Source: Promethearchaeota archaeon (GTDB taxonomy: Archaea > Asgardarchaeota > Lokiarchaeia > Sigyniarchaeales > SOKP01). From it: a stretch of 64,000 nt of DNA. The stretch spans positions 128,001 to 192,000 of the forward strand of contig JBHLOY010000004.1 of NCBI GenBank assembly GCA_048939995.1. The letters run 5' to 3'. The notes under the pieces were generated by a model. The model did not search any database and was not told the DNA's origin. It was given only the letters and a program-made list of their open reading frames with translations. This document shows positions 28,288-38,448 of the stretch, in pieces (within the stretch, counting starts at the first letter, position 1; every line of letters begins with the position of its first letter). Made by a program: the position numbers and the translations under genes.

Positions 28288-29223
28288 ATGATTGATATCC
28301 TAACCACTACTCTAGGAATAATTATAGCCATCATTTCTACATTTTGCTTTAATTTTGGGATGGTCCTTCAAAAGAAAGGCCTTAAAGAATCCTCTGAAAT
28401 AAAAATTGAAAAAGGTTTAGGAAACTTATTAAAAACTTTTAAAGAATTTATCAAGAATAAATATTGGCTTGCTGGAACCCTTCTGGGTTTAATTGGGTTG
28501 ATTCCCTATGTAATTGCGATGGGAATGGTTGGAATCCTAGTAGTACAGCCTGTATCTACGATTGGTTTAGTTATATTCGTTATTTCTGCTATTAGAATAC
28601 TTAAAGAAAAAGTTTCTCTTTTTGAAATTGTATCAATTGGAATGCTCGTTGTTTCACCAATTCTTATTGGATTAGCAATTATATCTGATATTACGATTAA
28701 TTTCACTGAATTTCTTTTACCATATCTGCTATTCTTGATCATTATTATATCTATTTGTATTCTATCCTTTTTTCTCTCCAAAAAAAAACGAGGTACAAGA
28801 CTAGAAGGATTTTTTATTATGATTATAGGATCCTTATTATTTTCGCTTGGTGCTACATTTACAAATATTTTAGCCCAAGCCTATAATGATGCAAACATCA
28901 ATCCCCTTTTCATCTGGGAGATCATATTTGGTATTTTTTGGTTTGATTATCTACACTTCTGGCTCTTTTGTGGATTTTGGGGAATGATTATATTCAATTT
29001 AATCAGTATTGTATTCTTTCAAACTGCACTTCAGAAAATTAAGGCAGTTGTAGTTGTACCAATCCATAATGCAATCATTTTAATAGTACCTGTTCTAGCA
29101 GGCTTATTTGTATTTCACCAAAAATTTGAAAATATATTATTGTTTCTCGCTTCAATTGTTTTGATATTAATCTCAATTATTTCACTAAGCAAATTTCAAG
29201 CAGATATAGAATCAATAGGATGA
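28288..29223 (+). CDS. DMT superfamily (NIPA-like) membrane transporter
   Basis: About 9 TM; GMVLQKKG, W..G, VVQP, LKEKV, FQTALQ motifs. Confidence 0.7.
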   Translation: MIDILTTTLGIIIAIISTFCFNFGMVLQKKGLKESSEIKIEKGLGNLLKTFKEFIKNKYWLAGTLLGLIGLIPYVIAMGMVGILVVQPVSTIGLVIFVISAIRILKEKVSLFEIVSIGMLVVSPILIGLAIISDITINFTEFLLPYLLFLIIIISICILSFFLSKKKRGTRLEGFFIMIIGSLLFSLGATFTNILAQAYNDANINPLFIWEIIFGIFWFDYLHFWLFCGFWGMIIFNLISIVFFQTALQKIKAVVVVPIHNAIILIVPVLAGLFVFHQKFENILLFLASIVLILISIISLSKFQADIESIG

Positions 29224-29238
29224 AAGGTATTTAGAGCT

Positions 29239-31995
29239 ATGTCAGATATAATATGGGACAAATATAGCTTGAAAATAGATGGAAAAAGGGTTTTTTTAAT
29301 AGGAGGTGAATTTCATTATTGGCGTTGCCCAGATAGAGATCGTTGGCAAGATATCTTAACTATGTATAAGAATGCTGGTTTAAATTGCATCAGAATTTAT
29401 TTTCACTGGGGTTATCACAATCCAAATGAATATAAATTTTATTTTACTGACAATAGAGATATAGATTATTTGTTAACCCTATGTGAGCAACTAGGATTAT
29501 ATGTATTTGTCGCTCCTGGTCCTTATATATGTGCTGAAACTAATGCTGGAGGTTTTCCTGGTTGGCTTTTAGCAAAGCGCAATGTTTTAATAAGAAACCT
29601 TAAGAGAACATATAAATCCAAATATGATCCAAAATATATGGAATACTGCAAAAAATGGTATGAAGAATTCATTCCTACCATCTCCAAGCATCAAATAACT
29701 AATAATCCTAAAGGATGTGTATTAGCTTTTCAAGTAGAAAATGAATATGATAAAAAAATATTGATTTTTAAAGGTCTTAAAAGTTACATAGTAGAACTTA
29801 TAGCTATCGCACGTAAATTGGGTATTACTGTGCCTATTTTTCATAATGATAGGAAAGAAGAAGGATCATGGGAGGATATTGTAGACCTATATGGTTTTGA
29901 TAAATATGTAATTTTTGCGCCTAAATTCCGTAAAACTATAACTAATACTGGGTGGTCAACTAAGAAGTTTAAAAAAAAAGTAGATAAACTTGAGAATATT
30001 GTTAGATCATCTGGTGAAAATGCGGCTAAATCTCCAATATTTATACCAGAATTGCAAGGTGGTTGGTTTAACCATTGGGGAATAGAGTACGGATTCGATG
30101 AGTTATATAATTATTATGGACATACTTATCAAAAGATGTTAGAACAAAGTATGGTAGCCCAAGGCTCTACAATGATGCTTTTGTATATGTTCTACGGAGG
30201 AACCTCTTGGGGCTCTATACCCGACCTAGATGTTTATACTAGTTATGACTATTCTGCTTGTATAAGAGAATATGGCTATCAGTCAAACCGATTCAGACAT
30301 TTACGATTATTTAGTTTATTTATTAAGAGTTTTGATAATAGTCTCGTTTCTACCGATTTAGTTAACATCCCATCTCTAGAATGTAGTGAGAATGACCTAT
30401 TCCATCTAGAAAGGATTAGTTTAGATGGCACTCGATTTTTCTTTTTTAGAAATTTTAATAAAAATGAAAATACTAAATTTAAAGTTCGAATAGTTGAAAA
30501 TTTTGAAATTCCTTATAAGTGGTTCCACAAATTAGACTCTCGGGATTCATTTATAGCTTTTGGCAATCATAGGCTAGGTAATTTTTCTGTTATGTTTTGT
30601 TCTCTACCTATTATTGTCAAAGGAAAATACCATGATGGATGGTTGATTATAGCTTATCAAAATGGTGGAGAATTAATCTTGAGGGGTACTAACTTTAAAG
30701 TTCAAGGTAATTGTGAAACCCATAAACAAGGGGGAATTACAAGATTTATATTCCCAAATGAGGGATATTCTTGGATCATAAACAAGGATAATCAAAATTT
30801 ATATATAATTATTCTATCACTTCAAGAAGCATTAACTATAAATGCTAATCTCTCTAATAATAATTTTCAAGTAGCATGGGGGGCATATTCTATTTTTTTT
30901 GAGAATAACGTTCTTAATATTGAAATTTTGGGAACCCAAACAGTATATCTCTTAACAATGAACTCTAATGCTTCTGAATTTAAAAGAGTTGAAAATTGCC
31001 TTATTCCTGGATTAAAGAAAAGAACGTTCGCTCCGAGACTAGATATTACAACAATCGAATTGAATAAATGGGATTATATCAAGACAAACTGGAGCTCTAA
31101 TCCTGAAATCTGGAAAAAGATTGACTTTAAAAAAGAAAAAGATCCTATAGATCATCAATTTACTTGTGGTCATATACTCTATAAATGCGAATTTGAAATC
31201 TCTAGGGTAAAAAAGCTTAATTTAAAATTGAATATTAGAAACAAGTGTGCAATTTGGTTAAATGATACATTTATTGGAGGACATAATACTTATAGCATTA
31301 TTTATCTCCTTCCAGGAGCTAAAAACGGACCAGATCCAACTTTTTTAGGAAAAAAAACATATAAGCTAAAGAAAGCATTAAAAAGTGGAAAGAACGTTCT
31401 CTATATCCTTACAGAAAATCTAGGTCATAGTCGTAATCCTCATTTAGTGAGTGATGTAAGAAATCCTCGAGGGATTATATCTGCTAAATTTTCTAATAGA
31501 ATTTCTAGAAAAAAGTGGTCTATTACAGGAATAAATGTTACAAAATTAGAACAAGCCTATAATACTGCTGGATTACCAGGGGAAAAATATGGTTATCATC
31601 TGGGAGAGAGTGAAGATTGGACAGAACTTAAAGGGACCCCTTCAATTTCACCAAAGGATCAGATAGTCTGGTTTAAAACAACTTTTCGCTGGAGTATTAA
31701 TGAAAATACGAGATTACCACTAAGAATTCATTTAGAAGGTAAACATAATGTGCATTTATTCGTTAATGGATTATATATTGGAAAATATTGGGGTGAATAT
31801 GGCCCACAACAAGATTTCTATATTATGGATAAGCTACTAAGACAAAAGAACATTTTAGTTCTTGCTTGCTGGACCACAACAGATGAGAAATTTTCAATTT
31901 CAATTAAACCATATTATATAAAGACTGATAGTGGTAATATCGATGAAAATGGAAGAGTTTTTGCTACGGAAAAATATAGAATTAAATTAGAATAA
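29239..31995 (+). CDS. Glycoside hydrolase family 35 (beta-galactosidase-like), cytoplasmic
   Basis: GGEFHYWR, PGPYICAE, QVENEY (acid/base), PELQGGWF (nucleophile), YMFYGGTSWG, YTSYDYSA; no signal peptide. Confidence 0.92.
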   Translation: MSDIIWDKYSLKIDGKRVFLIGGEFHYWRCPDRDRWQDILTMYKNAGLNCIRIYFHWGYHNPNEYKFYFTDNRDIDYLLTLCEQLGLYVFVAPGPYICAETNAGGFPGWLLAKRNVLIRNLKRTYKSKYDPKYMEYCKKWYEEFIPTISKHQITNNPKGCVLAFQVENEYDKKILIFKGLKSYIVELIAIARKLGITVPIFHNDRKEEGSWEDIVDLYGFDKYVIFAPKFRKTITNTGWSTKKFKKKVDKLENIVRSSGENAAKSPIFIPELQGGWFNHWGIEYGFDELYNYYGHTYQKMLEQSMVAQGSTMMLLYMFYGGTSWGSIPDLDVYTSYDYSACIREYGYQSNRFRHLRLFSLFIKSFDNSLVSTDLVNIPSLECSENDLFHLERISLDGTRFFFFRNFNKNENTKFKVRIVENFEIPYKWFHKLDSRDSFIAFGNHRLGNFSVMFCSLPIIVKGKYHDGWLIIAYQNGGELILRGTNFKVQGNCETHKQGGITRFIFPNEGYSWIINKDNQNLYIIILSLQEALTINANLSNNNFQVAWGAYSIFFENNVLNIEILGTQTVYLLTMNSNASEFKRVENCLIPGLKKRTFAPRLDITTIELNKWDYIKTNWSSNPEIWKKIDFKKEKDPIDHQFTCGHILYKCEFEISRVKKLNLKLNIRNKCAIWLNDTFIGGHNTYSIIYLLPGAKNGPDPTFLGKKTYKLKKALKSGKNVLYILTENLGHSRNPHLVSDVRNPRGIISAKFSNRISRKKWSITGINVTKLEQAYNTAGLPGEKYGYHLGESEDWTELKGTPSISPKDQIVWFKTTFRWSINENTRLPLRIHLEGKHNVHLFVNGLYIGKYWGEYGPQQDFYIMDKLLRQKNILVLACWTTTDEKFSISIKPYYIKTDSGNIDENGRVFATEKYRIKLE

Positions 31996-32085
31996 TTTTT
32001 TTTAGAATCAAAAATCTTTTAGATTAAAATCAATTTTATACTCCTATCTTAGGGTATATTATCAACATATATTGGATTAAGCTTT

Positions 32086-33333
32086 ATGATAGGGAAAACT
32101 CCAAGTAGCATTAAGTCATCAACCAATAGAAAAATATTCAAATATCGAACACTTGCACCACTTTGGATTGCGGTATTTATTGATATAATAGGGTTCTCCA
32201 TGATATTACCCATGGCTCCTATTATCGCTGAAGATTTTGGAATAGAAATCTTTCTGATGGGGATCGCTCTTTCAGTAAATGCTATGTTTTCATTTATTTT
32301 TGGACCGATATTAGGTAAATTGAGTGACCGATATGGGAGAAAACCATTGCTTTTAGTTTCACAAGCTGGTACGTTTGCAGGATTTTTAATGCTGGCTTTT
32401 TCTAACTCTATTTGGATGATTATTATATCGCGCATAGTTGATGGAATTTTTGGTGGTAATTTTCCTATTGCAAAGGCAATTATCGGTGATGAGGTACCAC
32501 CGAGAGACAGGAGCATCCAAATGGCAAATATTGGTGTAGCTCATGTATTAGCTTCTCTTATTGGACCTGGTTTAGGAGGTACTCTCTATTATATTGGTGG
32601 GATATTGCTCCCTGGTTTGTTTGCTGCGGGATTATCGTTATTTACAATGATAATAACAGTGTTTATATTAGAAGAAACTTGGCCTAAATCAAAACGTAAG
32701 CAATATCATGATATAAAGACTACAATTGTAGTTAAAATTAGAAAAAATAAAGTTGCAATGTTTTATTTAACGTTATTTGGGTTTCATACTGCTTCTTTCA
32801 TGATTGCTATGGCATCATTATCATTTTTCGCTAGAATTGTATTTGGATTGAATGAATTCGAAATTGGTCTTTTATTGATGATTTCTGGGATTTTCCGGGC
32901 AATAATTAGATTTACTCTTTTCAAACCAGCTATTAACAGATTTGGAGAGAATAACGCAATCCTCCTTGGATTAGCCATGTTTCTATTCTCATTCTTAATT
33001 GTAGGTTTTTCTATTTCAGTTATCATGTTCTTTATATTGATTTTGATAATTAGTTTTGCTGCATCTTTAACGAGAGGGCCATTAAATAGTAAAATCAGCC
33101 AATCGGTTTCACCTAGAGAACAAGGAAAAATTAATGGTTTTTCCTCTGGATTGGATAGCTTTGCACAAATTATTGGACCTTTAACTGGGACTTTTATGCT
33201 TAACTTTTTTGCTCCCTATTTCTTAAGCTTTGTATTAGGTTCAATCGCTTTAGTTCCTTTTCTCATGGGATTTAAAAAAATGGAATCAAAAAAGGATAGA
33301 TTGGCTAACCAAGAATTAACAATCGATCTATAA
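32086..33333 (+). CDS. MFS transporter (TetA/DHA1-like)
   Basis: DIIGFSMILP, GKLSDRYGRKP (motif A), SRIVDG, GPGLGG; 12 TM. Confidence 0.92.
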   Translation: MIGKTPSSIKSSTNRKIFKYRTLAPLWIAVFIDIIGFSMILPMAPIIAEDFGIEIFLMGIALSVNAMFSFIFGPILGKLSDRYGRKPLLLVSQAGTFAGFLMLAFSNSIWMIIISRIVDGIFGGNFPIAKAIIGDEVPPRDRSIQMANIGVAHVLASLIGPGLGGTLYYIGGILLPGLFAAGLSLFTMIITVFILEETWPKSKRKQYHDIKTTIVVKIRKNKVAMFYLTLFGFHTASFMIAMASLSFFARIVFGLNEFEIGLLLMISGIFRAIIRFTLFKPAINRFGENNAILLGLAMFLFSFLIVGFSISVIMFFILILIISFAASLTRGPLNSKISQSVSPREQGKINGFSSGLDSFAQIIGPLTGTFMLNFFAPYFLSFVLGSIALVPFLMGFKKMESKKDRLANQELTIDL

Positions 33334-34200
33334 TTTTTTGTTTAAGACTTTTGCTCTTAGAAAATCTATGATATACTTATTAACTTCTGGAGCTTTTTCT
33401 AGAATAGATTGATGTGCTGCATTTTCTATTATTATCAACTTGCTGTTTGGAATTTGTTCATGCATTTTTAAATTCACTAATTTAGGTGTTGTTTTGTCTT
33501 TTTCAGCGCATAAAATAAGAACATCATTCTTAATTTCATGAAGTCTATTATATACTGTATGTGTTTTTACAGCTGCTAGTTGGTTTTTTATATCATCCAC
33601 AGTGGTAGGATTTGAAAGTCTTTCTTCCACAAGATCCTCAACTGACCATATATTATGAAACTTTCTTTTTGGATTTTGTACCATTAATTTCCAGAAAGGA
33701 CGTGAATAACTATACTTAGCACCTTGTAAAAAGTTATTCATGGGATCTTTCATAAATTTTTTTAGACCTTCAATAGCATTATTTTGATACATCTCAAAAC
33801 CTTTATCATTGAAGGTATTTGTAGTTTTAAGTCCAGGAAATGTATTTATCAAGACAATCTTATTCACTCGATTGGGATATTTCAACACAAAGTTTTGTAC
33901 TATCATTCCCCCAAACGAATGACCAATTATATGGGCTTTTTCCACCTTCAGGTAATCCATTAATGCATTTATGTCATCGGCATAAAGTTCCATAGTATAT
34001 GGTCCTTCTGGTCTATCCGATTTGCCAGCACCTCTGTTATCAAGTCGTATTACTTTGAAATATTTAGAAAAATCTCCTACTTGCGCACGAAAATGTTCCT
34101 TCTTATCACCAAACCCATGCACTAAAATGACTGGATATCCTTCACCTAATATTTCATAACAAATTTTAATACCATTTACCTTAGCGTAAGCTTCAGTCAT
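33328..34200 (-). CDS. Alpha/beta hydrolase (tandem paralog 3)
   Basis: VHGF, DNRGAG.S, GHSFGG, Asp in EKD, AAH. Confidence 0.9.
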   Translation of the reverse strand: MTEAYAKVNGIKICYEILGEGYPVILVHGFGDKKEHFRAQVGDFSKYFKVIRLDNRGAGKSDRPEGPYTMELYADDINALMDYLKVEKAHIIGHSFGGMIVQNFVLKYPNRVNKIVLINTFPGLKTTNTFNDKGFEMYQNNAIEGLKKFMKDPMNNFLQGAKYSYSRPFWKLMVQNPKRKFHNIWSVEDLVEERLSNPTTVDDIKNQLAAVKTHTVYNRLHEIKNDVLILCAEKDKTTPKLVNLKMHEQIPNSKLIIIENAAHQSILEKAPEVNKYIIDFLRAKVLNKKL

Positions 34201-34212
34201 ACTTTAAAACAT

Positions 34213-35064
34213 TTATTCCTTTAAAAATTGAATTATCGTTTTATTTACTTCAGGTGCTTTCGAGAGAGGAGAATTATGCCCCGCAAATTCAATTTGTTTT
34301 AAACTGCTATTTGGAATTGCCTTCTGCATTTCAATCATTGATTTACTAGAAGTTAATCTATCATGAGAAGAAGCAATCAACAAGGTTGGGTTTTTAACCT
34401 GTTTTAATTCTTCATATGTTATTGGTGGAAAGAGCGCATAAGATTGATTTATTATATCTTGAGGAGTTAGAGGATTTAAATTTTGAAGGGCTATTAAATC
34501 TTCAACTGACCATAAATCATGGAATTTTTTTTTAGGATTTGCTTCCATTTCTTTTCTAAATTTAATATAAAAACCTAAATGTGCACTTTTCCAAAATGCT
34601 TTCACTTGATCTATTTTTCTATATTCTAATTCTGCTAAATGATTATCTCTGATTATCTCAACACCTTTTTCGTCTGGGGCTCCTCTCACAGTATTAATCA
34701 AAACTAGCTTGTCTATATAACGAGGGTATTTAACTGCAAATTTTTGAACTATAATCCCTCCCATTGACCATCCGATAACATGAGCTTTCTCTATTTTTAG
34801 GTATTCCATTAACCCTTTAACGTCATCAGCAAGTATGTCCAAACTATTTGGTTTGTTTGGACGATCAGACTTACCCCCATTTCTATTATCAAATCTAATT
34901 ACTCTAAAATGTTCAGATAAAGGGTTCCACTGTCCGATCCACCATTCTTTTTGGCCTCCAAATCCATGTACTAATAGAACTGGGTATCCTTCACCCTTTT
35001 CTTCATAACATATCTTAATATTATTAACATCTGCATAGGATTCGTTCATTTTTACCACCTTCAT
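34213..35064 (-). CDS. Alpha/beta hydrolase (tandem paralog 2)
   Basis: VHGF, DNRNGG.S, GWSMGG, SHD, AGH. Confidence 0.9.
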   Translation of the reverse strand: MKVVKMNESYADVNNIKICYEEKGEGYPVLLVHGFGGQKEWWIGQWNPLSEHFRVIRFDNRNGGKSDRPNKPNSLDILADDVKGLMEYLKIEKAHVIGWSMGGIIVQKFAVKYPRYIDKLVLINTVRGAPDEKGVEIIRDNHLAELEYRKIDQVKAFWKSAHLGFYIKFRKEMEANPKKKFHDLWSVEDLIALQNLNPLTPQDIINQSYALFPPITYEELKQVKNPTLLIASSHDRLTSSKSMIEMQKAIPNSSLKQIEFAGHNSPLSKAPEVNKTIIQFLKE

Positions 35065-35903
35065 TAACTTTTCAGAAAATTGATAATATTTTGATTAACT
35101 TCAGGAGCTTTTTCTTTTGGCGATCCATGACCTGCCTTTTCGATTACTATAAACTTACTATTAGGTATTCTTTCATAAATTTGCAGATTTACAGCTTTGG
35201 GCATTTGTTTATCTTTTTCAGCACAAATAATTAAAGTTTCATTCTTAATCCCATGTAATCTATCTAAAATATTATGATTTCCAAGTGCATAACCTTGATT
35301 TCTTATATCTTTTGGTGTAGCAGGACGAAAAGTTGTATCTTTAATTAAATCTTCTGTTGAAAAAAGACCAAAAAATTTCTTTTTCATATCTTCTTTCATC
35401 ATTTTCCTAAATTTTAGAGTATAACCACTAGGAGCAGAATCAAAAAATGCTTTAACGGGGTCATTTAACCTATTATTATATTTATCGATTTGACCATCCA
35501 AATATACATTTAATCCTGATTTATTCTCCGGCCATTTAGCTATCGTATTGATCAAAATAAGCTTCTTTACTCTAGATGGATATCTTACCGCGAAATGTTG
35601 TGCAATCATGCCACCAAAAGATTGCCCAATAATATGTGCTTTTTCAATTTTTAGAAAAATCATTAGTTCATTTAGATCATCAGCAAATAATTCCATTGTG
35701 TATGGTTGATCTGGGCGATCTGAAGCTCCTGATCCACGATTATCATATCTAATTACTTTAAAATGTTTAGATAAAGGACCGAATTGAGGTAACCAACTTT
35801 CTTTTTTAGATGCAAACCCGTGAATTAGAAAAAGGGGATCCCCTTCACCCTGAATCTCATAACAAATTTTAATTCCGTTTACATCCGCGAATAATTCAGT
35901 CAT
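35064..35903 (-). CDS. Alpha/beta hydrolase (tandem paralog 1)
   Basis: IHGF, DNRGSG.S, GQSFGG, EKD, AGH. Confidence 0.9.
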   Translation of the reverse strand: MTELFADVNGIKICYEIQGEGDPLFLIHGFASKKESWLPQFGPLSKHFKVIRYDNRGSGASDRPDQPYTMELFADDLNELMIFLKIEKAHIIGQSFGGMIAQHFAVRYPSRVKKLILINTIAKWPENKSGLNVYLDGQIDKYNNRLNDPVKAFFDSAPSGYTLKFRKMMKEDMKKKFFGLFSTEDLIKDTTFRPATPKDIRNQGYALGNHNILDRLHGIKNETLIICAEKDKQMPKAVNLQIYERIPNSKFIVIEKAGHGSPKEKAPEVNQNIINFLKS

Positions 35904-35977
35904 AATTTAGCTAAATTATGGATTAAAAAATAATATTTCTATTTTAAATAAAAAGATTATGATAACTGGTTCTTTCT

Positions 35978-37030
35978 TCAGATTTTTGTAATTGATCTTC
36001 CACAGGTCTTACAATTTCCTTCAGAATCTAAATTTAGGATACTAATTGTATATCCAGAACGTTTAATTACCAATTCTGAACAATTAGGGCAATAAGTACT
36101 TTCATATTTTGAGTTTAATAAATTTCCTAGATAAACATATTCTAATCCCTCTCCTTTCGCAATTTCATATGCTTCATATAACAGTTTTTCTTTTGTAGGA
36201 TTATATAGATCATAGTCATGTGATTTATATTGTGGATAAAAGCGACTTAGATGGAGTGGAGTTTCTTGACCTAAATCATTTAAAATTCTCTGTGAGATTT
36301 CTTCTATAACTTTTTTTTCTGTATTAAAATTTTCGATCAAAAGTGTGGTTATTTCAACATGTACCCCCGATTCTTTTGCAAACTTAGCATTTCTCCATAT
36401 ATTCTCAATATCTGCTCCGCAAAATCTCTTAACCATCTTAGCATTCCCTTTAATGTCAATATTCATTGCATCTAATCCGTGTTTAATTAAATCTTGTAAA
36501 ACAAACTCAGTCATATAACCATTAGTTACATAAGTATTGTATAGACCTTGCGCTTTAGCTAATTTAAAAACTTCCAGGGAATATTCAAAAAGTAACGTAG
36601 GTTCATTAAAAGAAATTGAAGTTCCCTGGCAATTATACTGCATTGCTATATCTATTAGGGTTTCGGGAGGGATATAATTTTTAAACTTTTTAGCTATTTT
36701 AAAGATATCTTCTTTAGGATGTGAAAGATGATGATTCTGGCACCAAAAGCAGCTAAAATTACATCCATATGTCCCAACTGTGATAGCAGTTGAACCTGGA
36801 TAAAAATGATAGAGGGGTTTCTTTTCAATTGGATTAAAAGATAACGCTGGAATTAAGCCATATACAATAGTATAAATCTCACCATCAATATTTGTTCGGG
36901 TTTGGCAAAAACCTGAATTTCCAATAGCAATTTTACATTTGCGCTCGCAAATAAAACATTGAGATATCTTATCATTAAGTTTTTCTTGATATTTCGATCT
37001 CTTTTGAAATTTTGGATTAACTAAATCCAT
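35978..37030 (-). CDS. amrS: AmmeMemoRadiSam system radical SAM enzyme
   Basis: CFICERKC..GFC, PIEKKPLYHFYPG, GCNFSCFWCQN, NEPT, HLSRFYP, C-terminal CPNC..CKTCG. Confidence 0.9.
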   Translation of the reverse strand: MDLVNPKFQKRSKYQEKLNDKISQCFICERKCKIAIGNSGFCQTRTNIDGEIYTIVYGLIPALSFNPIEKKPLYHFYPGSTAITVGTYGCNFSCFWCQNHHLSHPKEDIFKIAKKFKNYIPPETLIDIAMQYNCQGTSISFNEPTLLFEYSLEVFKLAKAQGLYNTYVTNGYMTEFVLQDLIKHGLDAMNIDIKGNAKMVKRFCGADIENIWRNAKFAKESGVHVEITTLLIENFNTEKKVIEEISQRILNDLGQETPLHLSRFYPQYKSHDYDLYNPTKEKLLYEAYEIAKGEGLEYVYLGNLLNSKYESTYCPNCSELVIKRSGYTISILNLDSEGNCKTCGRSITKI

Positions 37031-37041
37031 AAACTCTCAAT

Positions 37042-37323
37042 CTAAATTTTATGTAGATGATAGACATCAGGAGGTTTTTCTTCCCACTCTTCAAAAGGAT
37101 CATCTTTTACAGCATCTATCATTGCTGGTCTTGCTGCTAGCCAGTCCTCTTTTGAATCCCAAATAGCAAGTCCAACTAAAATGTTTTTATCTTCATCCTT
37201 GGTGGTATGAGCCATAATAAGTCCCTTCTTTTTTTCCATAGCTCTACCAAAGCGATGCATAGAATCAATTAAAAGTGATTCCTTTCCTTTTTGTGGATAA
37301 TGAATCGACATGTGAACAAACAT
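37042..37323 (-). CDS. ABM (antibiotic biosynthesis monooxygenase)-like dimeric alpha/beta barrel protein
   Basis: 93 aa; P.KG.E, G...., IWDSKED pattern. Confidence 0.6.
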   Translation of the reverse strand: MFVHMSIHYPQKGKESLLIDSMHRFGRAMEKKKGLIMAHTTKDEDKNILVGLAIWDSKEDWLAARPAMIDAVKDDPFEEWEEKPPDVYHLHKI

Positions 37324-37547
37324 AACCTTCTACCTCATTAATTTACTTAGATTTGAAAATAATTCGTAATAAATGAAATAATCTAGAAAATAGACTTTTC
37401 ATTAAGGGTAAATTTAGGACATGCCTAATAATTTTTAGTAACAAATATTGCTTTTGTAAAAACGTTATTTTATTTAGATGAAAATTATCTTATTTAATAT
37501 TAGTTAAACTCAATATAAACTTTTAAGTATCGACTTTTAATTTGCTT

Positions 37548-38363
37548 TTAAGATGCCAGGATTAAAATCAGAATATATATAAATATCAAATTCCCTAAAA
37601 TTATCCCTGTGTCTTTTAACGAAGTTCTTCCTAATAAATCCTTTCTTGGTTTTCTGAAAATATATAATACTCCAAAAGGGAATATCAAAACTGGTAAAAC
37701 AAATAAATATTGAGTAATAATGATTGAGGTAAGGCTTATTCCTAAGGTAACTAATGAAGCAATCCACATAACAATCTGAGAAGATCTTGGTTTTAGTCTA
37801 GATAAAGCATCTCCATCAATCATTTCGTGCAACATTTGTCCAACAAACCCAGCAGCGGCTACTGGTATAATTATTAGCCATTCAGATATGCTAAGGTTTG
37901 GAAAATAACTCAAAAGTGTATCTCCTGCGTTTATCTTTACCATAAAGTAAGGTAAGAAAATATGAGATATGCCTAGTATTATATGGTTAATTATTACCAA
38001 TTTTTTGAAAAAGCAATAAAAGATAACCATGAATACAATTATTGCTAAGTAAACAGCTAAAATTGGGGTGTTAAAAATTTCATTCACAAAACATAAGGTT
38101 CCCAAAGTAAAAGAACTTAAAGCAAGAACTAATATTTCCTTACGTTGATAACCTTTAATCCGCTCCAGAGTTTCCTTTTCTTTAGGATTTTTCATATCAA
38201 TAACATCATTGAGTGTATTTCCCGTAATTGCATAGAAACCAAAACCAGCCAAAATCCAAATGTGAGTGATAATATCATAATTGTTAAGATATATGCATAA
38301 TAAACAAGGTATAAGAACAGAAAACAGATATTCAGCTCTAAGCAGTTTAAAACCCTTACTCAT
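37548..38363 (-). CDS. UbiA-family prenyltransferase (divergent)
   Basis: KLLRA at N-terminus, GNTLNDVID first Asp-rich motif, HEMIDGD second motif; multi-TM. Confidence 0.65.
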   Translation of the reverse strand: MSKGFKLLRAEYLFSVLIPCLLCIYLNNYDIITHIWILAGFGFYAITGNTLNDVIDMKNPKEKETLERIKGYQRKEILVLALSSFTLGTLCFVNEIFNTPILAVYLAIIVFMVIFYCFFKKLVIINHIILGISHIFLPYFMVKINAGDTLLSYFPNLSISEWLIIIPVAAAGFVGQMLHEMIDGDALSRLKPRSSQIVMWIASLVTLGISLTSIIITQYLFVLPVLIFPFGVLYIFRKPRKDLLGRTSLKDTGIILGNLIFIYILILILAS

Positions 38364-38448
38364 AAAAAAAATACTCCTAAAATTGGTTTTATGTTTTAAT
38401 TTTAATTATTATTAAATTTAAGATTTTCAGAATTTATATCTTCAACAA

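Noticed and set aside
35978-37030. amrS as part of a novel local RiPP or radical-SAM cluster
   Set aside because: A widespread family; no precursor peptide or AmrA/AmrB partner is adjacent
37372-37428. Two small hairpins upstream of the ABM gene
   Set aside because: Short AT-rich stems expected by chance; no recognisable RNA family
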